DNA of 64,000 nucleotides from Dysgonomonas sp. (lineage in GTDB: Bacteria; Bacteroidota; Bacteroidia; Bacteroidales; Dysgonomonadaceae). The DNA lies in assembly GCA_047972895.1 (NCBI GenBank), contig JBKEBA010000070.1, forward strand, positions 50 to 64,049, given 5' to 3'. Under the pieces are notes generated by a model. It was not told where the DNA came from, searched no databases, and worked only from the letters and a program-made list of their open reading frames with translations. The translations under genes and the position numbers were made by a program. Numbering within the stretch: position 1 is the stretch's first letter; each line of letters starts with the position of its first letter. Positions 1 to 8,438 of this stretch are shown here, one piece after another.

Positions 1-706
1 TAATATCAGAATGAGAACTCTTAAAGCCACTTTTAATAAGGCTATTAAGGATAATATAGTAAAACAGGATTATTATCCATTCAACAATTATAATGTATCT
101 AAATTGAAAGAAACCACTCCTAAAAGAGCTATATCAAAAGAAGACATATTAAAAATATTGGAATTTGATGTCAGTTTAATATCCAGAAGACCTCAATCTT
201 TATTACAGTTCAGTAAAGACTTGTTCCTATTCAGTTATTTAGGGTGTGGTATAAATATGGTGGATATGGCACATTTAAAAAGGAGTAATATAGTTTCAAC
301 CAGAATAGTCTATAAAAGGCATAAAACAGGAAAACAAATCAGTTTTCTATTACAACCTTATGCTTTAGAAATTATACAGAGATATGAGAATAGTAATAAT
401 GACTATATATTTCCTATTTTGGATGATTCTATACATGCTACAGCAGAACAGCAATTCAGAAGGATAAAGAAAGTAACCTATGTAGCTAATAAGAATCTAA
501 AGAAGATTGGGGAAAGCATTAATCTTTCTATTCCTCTGACTACATATTGTGCAAGACATTCATTTGCAACCATTTTGAAAAGGTCTGGAATTAATGTTGC
601 TATTATAAGTGAGGCTTTAGGGCATTCAGACTTAAAGACCACTCAGATATATTTAGATAGCTTTGAAAATAGTCAAATTGATGAGGCTATGAAGAATTTA
701 TTGTAA
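1..706 (+). CDS. Tyrosine-type site-specific integrase, C-terminal part (gene continues beyond the left edge)
   Basis: The frame is open from nt 2. C-terminal catalytic motifs 'ARHSFATILKRSGINVAIISEALGHSDLKTTQIYLD' (R..H..R/H..Y) are typical of Bacteroidota phage-integrase-family proteins. Confidence 0.85.
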   Translation, partial: NIRMRTLKATFNKAIKDNIVKQDYYPFNNYNVSKLKETTPKRAISKEDILKILEFDVSLISRRPQSLLQFSKDLFLFSYLGCGINMVDMAHLKRSNIVSTRIVYKRHKTGKQISFLLQPYALEIIQRYENSNNDYIFPILDDSIHATAEQQFRRIKKVTYVANKNLKKIGESINLSIPLTTYCARHSFATILKRSGINVAIISEALGHSDLKTTQIYLDSFENSQIDEAMKNLL

Positions 707-748
707 AATGTATTAACTTTGATAAGAATGTTTATAATACAATAATTT

Positions 749-1804
749 ATGGATAACAACTCATTTATTGAACAGCCTATTGATGTACAAAAAGGTTATT
801 TAGCCTTACCTATAGAAAAAGGACAACTTGTAGATTTTATAAAAGGGTTACTAGGATCATCTCAAACTATAAATAAGAAGATAGGGGGTGTTTTTGAAAT
901 ACACATGAATGATTTACAGAATTTTAATGATTTAATTTTACAAAGAGTAACTCAAAATAAATCAGCATTAATAGAATTTTGTGCTACAATATATTTTTCT
1001 GATAATTCTCATGTCAAGGTATTTTCTTTTGAGGAGTTATTAACTTATAATGAAATTAAACCTGTAGTCTCAAATTCAATAAGAATGAATTGGTCTTTTC
1101 TAATAGAATTTCCAGACAAGGAAACGCCAGAGAAGCAAAATATAGAATTATACTTTTGTGCAAAAGAGAAAAAGACTATACCTGATGGTGATAGAACTAA
1201 AACAATAACATTCTCTTATTTTGAATTAGAAATTCAACATACCAATAGGACATGGGGCACAGATATAGAAAATACTCTAAATAATCAAATTAGTTCCATT
1301 TCAAAAAAAACTCGTTCAGAGAAATATGATTTTTTTATAAGCCTTTTTACTTTCTTAGTGGTTCTTATTCTCTTTTTTGGAGCTTACTACAACTCAGCAT
1401 CAAAATTCATAGAAGAGAATAGAAAAGCCAAAGTAGAAGAATTTGAAGCATATGTAAAATCTATAGACAGTGATGACCTTAAAGTTAAAATAGATAATCT
1501 AATAAATGTTATAGTCCATGATGGTATTCCTAATTACAACAAGAAAGTTAGAGAAGTAGATCGCTTATTAATCTATGGAATAGGAGGTTTTATTGCTATT
1601 ACACTAGCTTTTATATGTTCATCACTTGTTTTGGAAAAAAAGGAAAGTCATTTAGTTCTCACTAGAAAAGCTAAATTATTACTAGATCAATATCATAAAA
1701 AGAAAAAGAGAGATTGGTATATGTTAGCTCTATCTATATTTCTGGGGATTCTAGGAAGTATCGTAGCAAGCTATATTTTTTCTATTATATCTCAATTTTC
1801 ATAG
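749..1804 (+). CDS. Hypothetical membrane protein (about 190-aa soluble N-domain plus 3 predicted TM helices)
   Basis: Long ORF directly downstream of the integrase. Hydrophobic segments 'FFISLFTFLVVLILFFGAYY', 'LLIYGIGGFIAITLAFICSSLVL' and 'WYMLALSIFLGILGSIVASYIFSII'. No family recognised. Confidence 0.55.
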   Translation: MDNNSFIEQPIDVQKGYLALPIEKGQLVDFIKGLLGSSQTINKKIGGVFEIHMNDLQNFNDLILQRVTQNKSALIEFCATIYFSDNSHVKVFSFEELLTYNEIKPVVSNSIRMNWSFLIEFPDKETPEKQNIELYFCAKEKKTIPDGDRTKTITFSYFELEIQHTNRTWGTDIENTLNNQISSISKKTRSEKYDFFISLFTFLVVLILFFGAYYNSASKFIEENRKAKVEEFEAYVKSIDSDDLKVKIDNLINVIVHDGIPNYNKKVREVDRLLIYGIGGFIAITLAFICSSLVLEKKESHLVLTRKAKLLLDQYHKKKKRDWYMLALSIFLGILGSIVASYIFSIISQFS

Positions 1805-1821
1805 ATAGAAGATAATCAATT

Positions 1822-1867
1822 TTAGCTCACTTAGATTTGAAATATTGGAGAAAAGTAAGTGAGCTAA
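1822..1867 (+). repeat. Perfect 12-bp-stem hairpin carrying the 'GCTCACTTAGAT' box (copy 1)
   Basis: 'TTAGCTCACTTA' (1822-1833) pairs with 'TAAGTGAGCTAA' (1856-1867). It lies 29 nt upstream of the ATG at 1896. The same box recurs at 5481. Confidence 0.7.
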
Positions 1868-1895
1868 ATGCAGTCTCAGGTGCATAAAAAATAAA

Positions 1896-4094
1896 ATGGC
1901 TAAAACAATAAGCATATTAGATAGTTTAAAAAAGTATGGAGTTGCAAAAGAAGAAGAAAAAATAACTCCTAAAGAGATAATAGAAAATCAAGTCAAGGAT
2001 TTATTTTCAGAAGCAGTCTTAGATACTCTGGCTGGAGCAAATCCAGAAGAAACAATCACTTCCATTCACAAAGGTTATTTTATGACTTGGGGTTCATCTC
2101 AAAGTTTCACAGATGAATACAGGCTATCTAATTTTATTCAAAAACTACCTCATGGAATTGTAGACAAAAAAGCTACAGGAGTAGGTGCAACAACCTTAGA
2201 ACTCAAATCACCCAGACATTCAATAATAGTAGTACCTACAAAGAAACTAGCCTATAGCAAATTTAAATGGGCTGAAAATAATCTGAAACCTAAAAAAGTA
2301 CTATATGTTGGCACTTCCATAGGAGAATTTACAGACAGGGTAAGTAAAGATGAAATCATTAATTATTTGGAGCAAAATACTACTCAGCCTCTAAAGTTTT
2401 TAGTAGTAGCAGACAGCTTAGATTATTTGATGAATATACTAGGGGAAGAAGCCTATAAACATTGCTTCCTAATGGTAGATGAAATAGACCTTCTTCAAGC
2501 AGATAGTAACTACAGACCAAGAATAGAAACAGTAATAGACCACTATTTTAAGTTTGATGTAAAAAACAGGTGTATTGTAACTGCTACAATGGGTGAATTC
2601 TCCAATCCCCTATTCCAAAGTGAGTGCAGATTTGAAATAGAAGAATTATCCCACAAGAAAAGAGATATAAGGCTTATACATATCAATCAGTCTAACAGCA
2701 TCAATCATGCAGTCACAGAGTTGATAAAAAAATATCCAGAAGATAAGATATTGATAGCCTATAATACAGTCTCACAGGTAAAGAATATTATATCTATGAT
2801 GGATGAATCTACACAGAAGGAATGTGCTATCATGTGCAGTGAATCAAGTAGGAATGATGCAGGAGCTTATTATTACCCATTGAAAGATGATTCTACATTA
2901 CCTAAGAGAATCAATTTTATGACTTGCAGCTATTTTTCTGGAATAGATATAAATGATACATACCACCTTATCACTGTTTCTAATGTAAAGTATGCACACC
3001 AAATGCTTACTACAAAAAAGATAACTCAGATTTATGGAAGGTGCAGGGTTAAAGATGGCATATTAAGTGATACTATAATCTATAATACTACAGACTATGA
3101 ACCCAAGTTTAAAAGGACTACAGCAAAATATAGAAATACACTGATAAAGAAGGCTAATAAGGTCTTAGATATAATAAAAGCTGCTGATATTATACAGGAA
3201 AAGGATAAAGATTTGGAAGATTTATTCAAAGTAGTAAAAAATGCTATTTCTGATAAAGCCCTTGAAACCCCATTCAGAGGTCAGCCTATTTCACTTATAA
3301 GACCTACTATAAATGAAGGAAAATATGATATAGCCTACCTTAATATTGATTTTCTGACAGAAAGGGAACAGCTATTCAATGAACTATATATTAGTCAGGA
3401 GAAATTACATAAAGCCCTTGTTTCAGAAGGACATCAGGTCACAGAAATAGAATATGAAGATAATAGGACTGATGAAGAAAAATCAGTAGAAAAGGGAATA
3501 GAGAACCATTTCACAGATAGCAGAAAAGAATTAATAGATTCATTACAGGCTGCTTTGGTTGCAGACTTGAAAGAGAAAGCAGAAAAGCTGCCTACAGGTG
3601 TTCTAAATAAGTATGTTGCTGAGAAACTAAGAACCTGCACCAAAGAAGAGAAACCTATCCTTGAAAGATTTATAGATTTGAACGAATATGTAGAATCTGA
3701 TAAACTATTAGACTACCTCTATGAAATAAGGCATATGAATATTAAAGCTTACAAGGGGTTTATCAATGCTATTATGTTCTGGTGTCTGGCAGAAGACCAC
3801 CCTCTAAGAATAAGTATGAGAGAAGCCTTTGAAACAGGAAAAGGATATACACCAGAAGAAATACATGAGAAGATAGAACCAATAGTCAAATATCATTTCC
3901 ATAAGACTATAAAACCAAGAACCTCTATCAGCCTATTTAAGGCTTATTTTGAGACCTCCAGACCAAGGAATAGCTATGTAGTCATAAAAGAAAACCCTCT
4001 CAATTTTGAAGAGAGAAAGAGCTTTATAGGTAAGATGGAGAATAACCTACTAAAGCATTTCTTCAGCAAGTCAAACAACTGTATATCAATATAA
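1896..4094 (+). CDS. SF2 helicase-like protein with a lysine-less motif I and a roughly 330-aa helical C-terminal extension
   Basis: Motif I 'ATGVGATT', Ia 'IIVVPTKKLA', II 'MVDEID', III 'VTAT', V 'YFSGIDI', VI 'QIYGRCRV', in canonical order and spacing. Confidence 0.6.
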   Translation: MAKTISILDSLKKYGVAKEEEKITPKEIIENQVKDLFSEAVLDTLAGANPEETITSIHKGYFMTWGSSQSFTDEYRLSNFIQKLPHGIVDKKATGVGATTLELKSPRHSIIVVPTKKLAYSKFKWAENNLKPKKVLYVGTSIGEFTDRVSKDEIINYLEQNTTQPLKFLVVADSLDYLMNILGEEAYKHCFLMVDEIDLLQADSNYRPRIETVIDHYFKFDVKNRCIVTATMGEFSNPLFQSECRFEIEELSHKKRDIRLIHINQSNSINHAVTELIKKYPEDKILIAYNTVSQVKNIISMMDESTQKECAIMCSESSRNDAGAYYYPLKDDSTLPKRINFMTCSYFSGIDINDTYHLITVSNVKYAHQMLTTKKITQIYGRCRVKDGILSDTIIYNTTDYEPKFKRTTAKYRNTLIKKANKVLDIIKAADIIQEKDKDLEDLFKVVKNAISDKALETPFRGQPISLIRPTINEGKYDIAYLNIDFLTEREQLFNELYISQEKLHKALVSEGHQVTEIEYEDNRTDEEKSVEKGIENHFTDSRKELIDSLQAALVADLKEKAEKLPTGVLNKYVAEKLRTCTKEEKPILERFIDLNEYVESDKLLDYLYEIRHMNIKAYKGFINAIMFWCLAEDHPLRISMREAFETGKGYTPEEIHEKIEPIVKYHFHKTIKPRTSISLFKAYFETSRPRNSYVVIKENPLNFEERKSFIGKMENNLLKHFFSKSNNCISI

Positions 4095-4108
4095 TAATCA
4101 TTAAAATA

Positions 4109-4140
4109 TTTGCAAAATACAAACATTTTACTTATCTTTG
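4109..4140 (+). promoter_or_regulatory. Bacteroides-type promoter (-33 TTTG, -7 TATCTTTG)
   Basis: 'TTTG' at 4109-4112 and 'TATCTTTG' at 4133-4140, spaced 20 nt apart, match the TTTG/TAnnTTTG consensus. It is upstream of the ORF at 4330. Confidence 0.5.
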
Positions 4141-4246
4141 TGCTTATAAATCAAACAAATAGACTATTCTACAGAAATGCCTCTTTAGTCTAAGAGGAGC
4201 AGATTCAAAAGATTTCATTTAACTAAGGGTATGCAAATTGTATGTC

Positions 4247-4293
4247 ATACTATAATACCTACTATTTAATATAATAAGTAGGTAATATAGTAT
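4247..4293. promoter_or_regulatory. 17-bp inverted repeat (16/17) with a 13-nt spacer; candidate operator or origin
   Basis: 'ATACTATAATACCTACT' (4247-4263) versus the reverse complement of 'AGTAGGTAATATAGTAT' (4277-4293). It lies 36 nt upstream of the ATG at 4330. Confidence 0.6.
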
Positions 4294-4329
4294 AGCATAT
4301 GTTTTGCACACCCTGCAAAAGTAAGAAGA

Positions 4330-4965
4330 ATGAAATCATATACATTGATTCCAAATGAAGTAGGGAAAATATTCAAACCAGAGGACTTATACACTATCAC
4401 TTGTATGTATTTGACAGCTAAGGATGGTTATACTACTGATTCTACAAGGGAACAATTAGCTGAAATTACAGGACTATCCTTTGCCTATATAAAAGATAAA
4501 TTCCTTCCAAGATTAAGGAAATCAAAATTCTGTGAAATAGAAGGATATACAGAATTATCAGATAGTCAGATAAGAAAAAGAAACAAATATATATTACCTA
4601 AACCTGTAACCAATTACAGAATAATAAGTAAAGAAATATTGGAAGATACAAATCTGACTTATACAGAGAAAGGTATAATGATTGGACTGTACTCTTTGAC
4701 TGTAAATAACTCCTTTAATATTGGATTCAATAAAAGTCAAATATCAAAGTATTTAAATATAAGTAGAAACTCATATCTAAAATATGAAAAGTCTTTGATT
4801 GAGAAGGGTTATATAGAACTTCTTTCAAATGATACTACAAATGACAGACATGGAGATTTTAGTGAAGGAATAGTTTTAAATTGCAGTTGGTTAGGAACAG
4901 AAGAATTGAATAGAAAGGTGTATGAATCAACCCATAACAATGCTAATTTTCAAGAATTGGGGTAA
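4330..4965 (+). CDS. Hypothetical winged-helix/HTH protein (possible replication initiator or regulator of the island)
   Basis: HTH-like segment 'KSQISKYLNISRNSYLKYEKSLIEKGYIEL'. Preceded by a promoter and a large palindrome. Confidence 0.45.
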   Translation: MKSYTLIPNEVGKIFKPEDLYTITCMYLTAKDGYTTDSTREQLAEITGLSFAYIKDKFLPRLRKSKFCEIEGYTELSDSQIRKRNKYILPKPVTNYRIISKEILEDTNLTYTEKGIMIGLYSLTVNNSFNIGFNKSQISKYLNISRNSYLKYEKSLIEKGYIELLSNDTTNDRHGDFSEGIVLNCSWLGTEELNRKVYESTHNNANFQELG

Positions 4966-5156
4966 AGGCTTGTATTATCCCCATTAGTATAATATTAACT
5001 ATTCTTACTCTTTGAGAAATTGAAAGAAAAATAATTAAATTTTTTTTTTCAAAAAGTTCTGTATATCCACAAGCACTAGATAATCAAACTACACCCCCTC
5101 CATCTTTTGCAGTGAGGGGATAGTCCCCCTGCACAACAACAATAATATTTGAAATT

Positions 5157-5426
5157 ATGAATGGACTAACATTTTTAGAAAGTTGGAGTGTGAGCCAATT
5201 TAAGCAAAACCACCATGTGGAAAAGATTGAGATTAAGAAAAATGAAGCAACAGGAAAATGCTTCTTTGTCTATGGATTTGAAACAGGGGCTTGCAGTAGT
5301 AAAGTAAAAACAGGGGAATTGAATAATCCTGTAATATCACAAGTCTGTGCATCTGAGACAGGAGAACTGTTCTATCTTCTGCATCAGAAAGGAGAAAGCA
5401 AGGCTATGACTTTAGCTGTATTATAA
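5157..5426 (+). CDS. Hypothetical small protein (89 aa)
   Basis: ORF followed by a strong intrinsic terminator. No family recognised. Confidence 0.45.
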   Translation: MNGLTFLESWSVSQFKQNHHVEKIEIKKNEATGKCFFVYGFETGACSSKVKTGELNNPVISQVCASETGELFYLLHQKGESKAMTLAVL

Positions 5427-5438
5427 TAACCAGATACA

Positions 5439-5468
5439 GGGAAGATGAAGGTCTTCCCTTTTTATTTT
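5439..5468 (+). terminator. Rho-independent terminator
   Basis: 'GGGAAG'-atgaaggt-'CTTCCC' followed by TTTTTATTTT. Confidence 0.75.
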
Positions 5469-5480
5469 ACATAGCATCTT

Positions 5481-5520
5481 GCTCACTTAGATGTATAAAT
5501 AATATAGAAACAAAGTGAGC
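5481..5520 (+). repeat. Hairpin carrying the 'GCTCACTTAGAT' box (copy 2)
   Basis: 'GCTCACTT' (5481-5488) pairs with 'AAGTGAGC' (5513-5520). It lies 32 nt upstream of the ATG at 5552, the same position relative to the gene as copy 1. Confidence 0.65.
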
Positions 5521-5551
5521 GTATTAATCATTAATAAAAAATTTACTCCAT

Positions 5552-6580
5552 ATGGAAACAATGCAATTAGTACCAGTAAAAAGCAATCATAGAGATGTAA
5601 TGATTCCACAATCCCTTCCTCATCAAGATATAATAGAAATTACACATACCTGTGACTACAATCCAAGCCCTTTCATAGAAGCTAATACCAAAGAAGCAAG
5701 TTTACATCATTTAAAGCATGAATGTATTGTACCTGTCTTTTCTAAAGATAATGAGGTTACTATCAGCCATACTAACTTTATAGAAACAGTTTGGGATGCT
5801 GCAAGTAGTTTCTTTCCAAATGAGACTATTTTACAGCCAGATATTAGAGTTTCTCATGTAGTCAAAGGTAGGATTCCAGAAGCTATAAATAAACCTGTCA
5901 GTCAGCTTTTAGAGAGTGATAAGACTATTTACTATGAAAGGATGGCTTTCTGCTTTGAAGTGCCTACAATTTATCAGGATATAGAAGGAAACAGGCTTAA
6001 TCTTTCCATTGGTGGAGTAAGAGCCTTAAACCATGAAAACCTCTATTCTAAAAAGAGTGTTGAGAAATTCAAGATATTTATAGGTTTTAAGAATCTTGTT
6101 TGCACAAATCTATGTGTATCTACAGATGGGTATAAATCAGAATTGAGGGTTATGAGTTTGGAAGAATTATTCAAGCATTCTCTATTACTATTTCAGCAAT
6201 ATAACCCTAACAGGCATTTGCAACTTATGTCTTCTTTTCAGAATTCTTACTTAACAGAACATCAGTTTGCACAGTTGATAGGAAAAAGTAAGCTTTATCA
6301 GTGTTTACCTAATGCACAAAAGAAGTTATTACCTACTATGGAATTTGGAGATACCCATATTAATGCAGTAGCCAAAGCCTATTACAATGATAAGAATTTC
6401 AAGATAGAAGAGGGTGCAGATGCTATTAATCTCTGGAAGGTCTATAATCTCTTTACAGGGGCTAATAAGAACAGTTATATTGACAATCTATTGGATAGGT
6501 CTTTGAATGCAACTGATTTAGTAGAAGGCATTAATAGAGCTTTGCATGGTGATAGGGAGTATAGGTGGTTTATTGAGTGA
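5552..6580 (+). CDS. Hypothetical protein (342 aa); size and context resemble the DUF3871 family found in Bacteroidales mobile elements
   Basis: Long ORF. The family assignment is from memory only and is not verifiable here. Confidence 0.4.
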   Translation: METMQLVPVKSNHRDVMIPQSLPHQDIIEITHTCDYNPSPFIEANTKEASLHHLKHECIVPVFSKDNEVTISHTNFIETVWDAASSFFPNETILQPDIRVSHVVKGRIPEAINKPVSQLLESDKTIYYERMAFCFEVPTIYQDIEGNRLNLSIGGVRALNHENLYSKKSVEKFKIFIGFKNLVCTNLCVSTDGYKSELRVMSLEELFKHSLLLFQQYNPNRHLQLMSSFQNSYLTEHQFAQLIGKSKLYQCLPNAQKKLLPTMEFGDTHINAVAKAYYNDKNFKIEEGADAINLWKVYNLFTGANKNSYIDNLLDRSLNATDLVEGINRALHGDREYRWFIE

Positions 6581-6678
6581 AATTTGGAAATACTGTTGTA
6601 AAGTACATAATTTGCTTCTACAATTATACTCTTTTTCTATACCTTTGAATAATTAATATTCATGAAAACTATAATCAT

Positions 6679-7173
6679 ATGGCTGAAATAATAGAAAAAC
6701 AAGAATTACCTGTTGTCATAACAAAAGTAAAAATAGGAAAAAGAGATTTATCAAAGAGCTTGATAGACCAAATTCCTAAAGGAATATTTATTTGCCATAT
6801 GGGTAAAAGACAGGGAAAAGAAGATATATGTTATGGATTACCTTTGGTTATTGGAGAAAATGGATATGTGAATGAATTATATTATGATTCTTCAAAACCA
6901 TTTAAAACAGATGGTACAATAATTGGCTTTATAGATAGCCCTAAAATTAATTCTAGTGGAGCATATCAATCTTTAGCTTTTTATGCTGATGAAAATTACA
7001 TAAGAAAAGATGTTATGACAAAGAATGGATATGTTGATGAAACCTTTTATAACTTTGGATATCCATATTACTTTATAATATGGTATGATGAAAATAATAA
7101 ATTAAAGAAAGGCTATATTGACAAATGGACAATGGTGCAATTAGATATAAAAATTGAACAAATCATTATATAA
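6679..7173 (+). CDS. Hypothetical protein (164 aa)
   Basis: ORF co-oriented with the island genes. No motif recognised. Confidence 0.4.
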   Translation: MAEIIEKQELPVVITKVKIGKRDLSKSLIDQIPKGIFICHMGKRQGKEDICYGLPLVIGENGYVNELYYDSSKPFKTDGTIIGFIDSPKINSSGAYQSLAFYADENYIRKDVMTKNGYVDETFYNFGYPYYFIIWYDENNKLKKGYIDKWTMVQLDIKIEQIII

Positions 7174-7293
7174 TCTCACTTACATCTATAAAAAATAGAA
7201 ATCTAGATGAGAAATAAAGATAAAGAGAGATAATTTTTGATTGCAGCTATAGCACAATTAGAAATTCATCTCTTTTTTTATTATTGTTGTATT

Positions 7294-7325
7294 AGCCTCA
7301 TTCAGTAATGGATGGGGCTTTTTTA
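7294..7325 (+). terminator. Rho-independent terminator
   Basis: 'AGCCTCAT'-loop-'ATGGGGCT' (one G-U pair) followed by TTTTTT. Confidence 0.65.
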
Positions 7326-7830
7326 ATTATTAATCTTATGGGAACATTTTTACAAATAATAGGTCACATTACTATAGGATATATCATTATGTCTGTAATA
7401 TGCTATGAGGATAGACCTACTAGAAAGAAGAAATAGTAAATAGAGAGAGCTTTGTTTAATGAATTTATTTTTACCCCTAACTACAGCCACACCTATATAT
7501 GAATTGGAAGGACTTAATTCAAAAAGTAGTTGAATATTTGATGTATATCTGTTTAAATCTTGTATTTTTGCAGTATACTAAAAATTAAATAATTGCTAAT
7601 GAATATATAAGTTTAACTAAGACATATTTTTAGAAAGAAGTATTTGCTTTTTGCTTGTGTTATCCTAAAATTACCACTTTTAAATTAACCACAGCAGTAA
7701 TAAGTGAATGCTACATCCTCTAATAGGGTGTGGCTCCTTGTTATGTGGTTGGGGTGTGTGGTAATACCTTGGATACTAATAAGTGATAGTCACACCTTCT
7801 TTTTATGGGTATGCTATAAAAAGAAAAAGT

Positions 7831-8436
7831 ATGAGAAAAATCTTAATTATTACAACCTTAACTATGCTTGTATTCACCCAGTGTGATTATAAACCTTCCA
7901 ATCAGAAAAATACAGAGACTATAATCCAACCAGAAGAACCAGAGCCAGAAGATTTCACAGAAGAAAAACCAGTCTTAGATACAAAGAAATATAAAACTTA
8001 CTCTGTTTCTGGCTTAGGTACATTTACAATTGCATATCCTAAGAAATGGGAAGTTATGGAAAGACCTAATGCACAAGTTTCTGCTATTATGATAGAACCT
8101 GAAAATGGGGATAAATTCAGAAATAATCTGAATATAATTGTAGCATTAAGAGGAGAAGACCTTTCTTCTGCTTTTACAGATAATTCAGAAAGGCAAATGA
8201 GACAGGTATTTCCAGATTACAAAATTCTTTCTAAAGAGATTACAAAACTTAGAGGAAAAAAATGTCTGGAATTACTGACAAGTTGTACTATGCAAGGTTA
8301 TCCTGTAATACAAAACCAATATATATTCAAAAAGGGGAGCATAGCCTATATAATATCCTTCACTATTTCAAATGATAGATATAATCAAGAAAAAGATACA
8401 ATCAAAGACATTATTAACTCAATCACATTTAATTAA
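7831..8436 (+). CDS. Lipoprotein, function unknown
   Basis: Start moved to 'MRKILIITTLTMLVFTQC' (signal peptide with a lipobox Cys). The track's start at 7783 is an alternative-codon extension. Confidence 0.6.
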   Translation: MRKILIITTLTMLVFTQCDYKPSNQKNTETIIQPEEPEPEDFTEEKPVLDTKKYKTYSVSGLGTFTIAYPKKWEVMERPNAQVSAIMIEPENGDKFRNNLNIIVALRGEDLSSAFTDNSERQMRQVFPDYKILSKEITKLRGKKCLELLTSCTMQGYPVIQNQYIFKKGSIAYIISFTISNDRYNQEKDTIKDIINSITFN

Positions 8437-8438
8437 TT

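Noticed and set aside
3434-3643. Antisense or overlapping short ORFs in the track that lie inside long, well-supported genes. Examples: 3434-3643, 13017-13358, 14005-14370, 15697-15989, 18571-19063, 19602-19811, 21317-21568, 27178-27387, 28892-29506, 31602-31958, 39995-40483, 54654-55286, 58617-59065 and 62652-62984.
   Set aside because: Each is fully embedded, opposite to or out of frame with, a gene that has clear family motifs. They have low-complexity or odd composition and no independent signals, so I treat them as shadow ORFs.
7704-7886. 60-aa ORF and the upstream extension (7783) of the lipoprotein gene.
   Set aside because: Both start at alternative codons. The lipoprotein has a textbook signal peptide beginning at the ATG at 7831, and the 60-aa ORF overlaps it out of frame.
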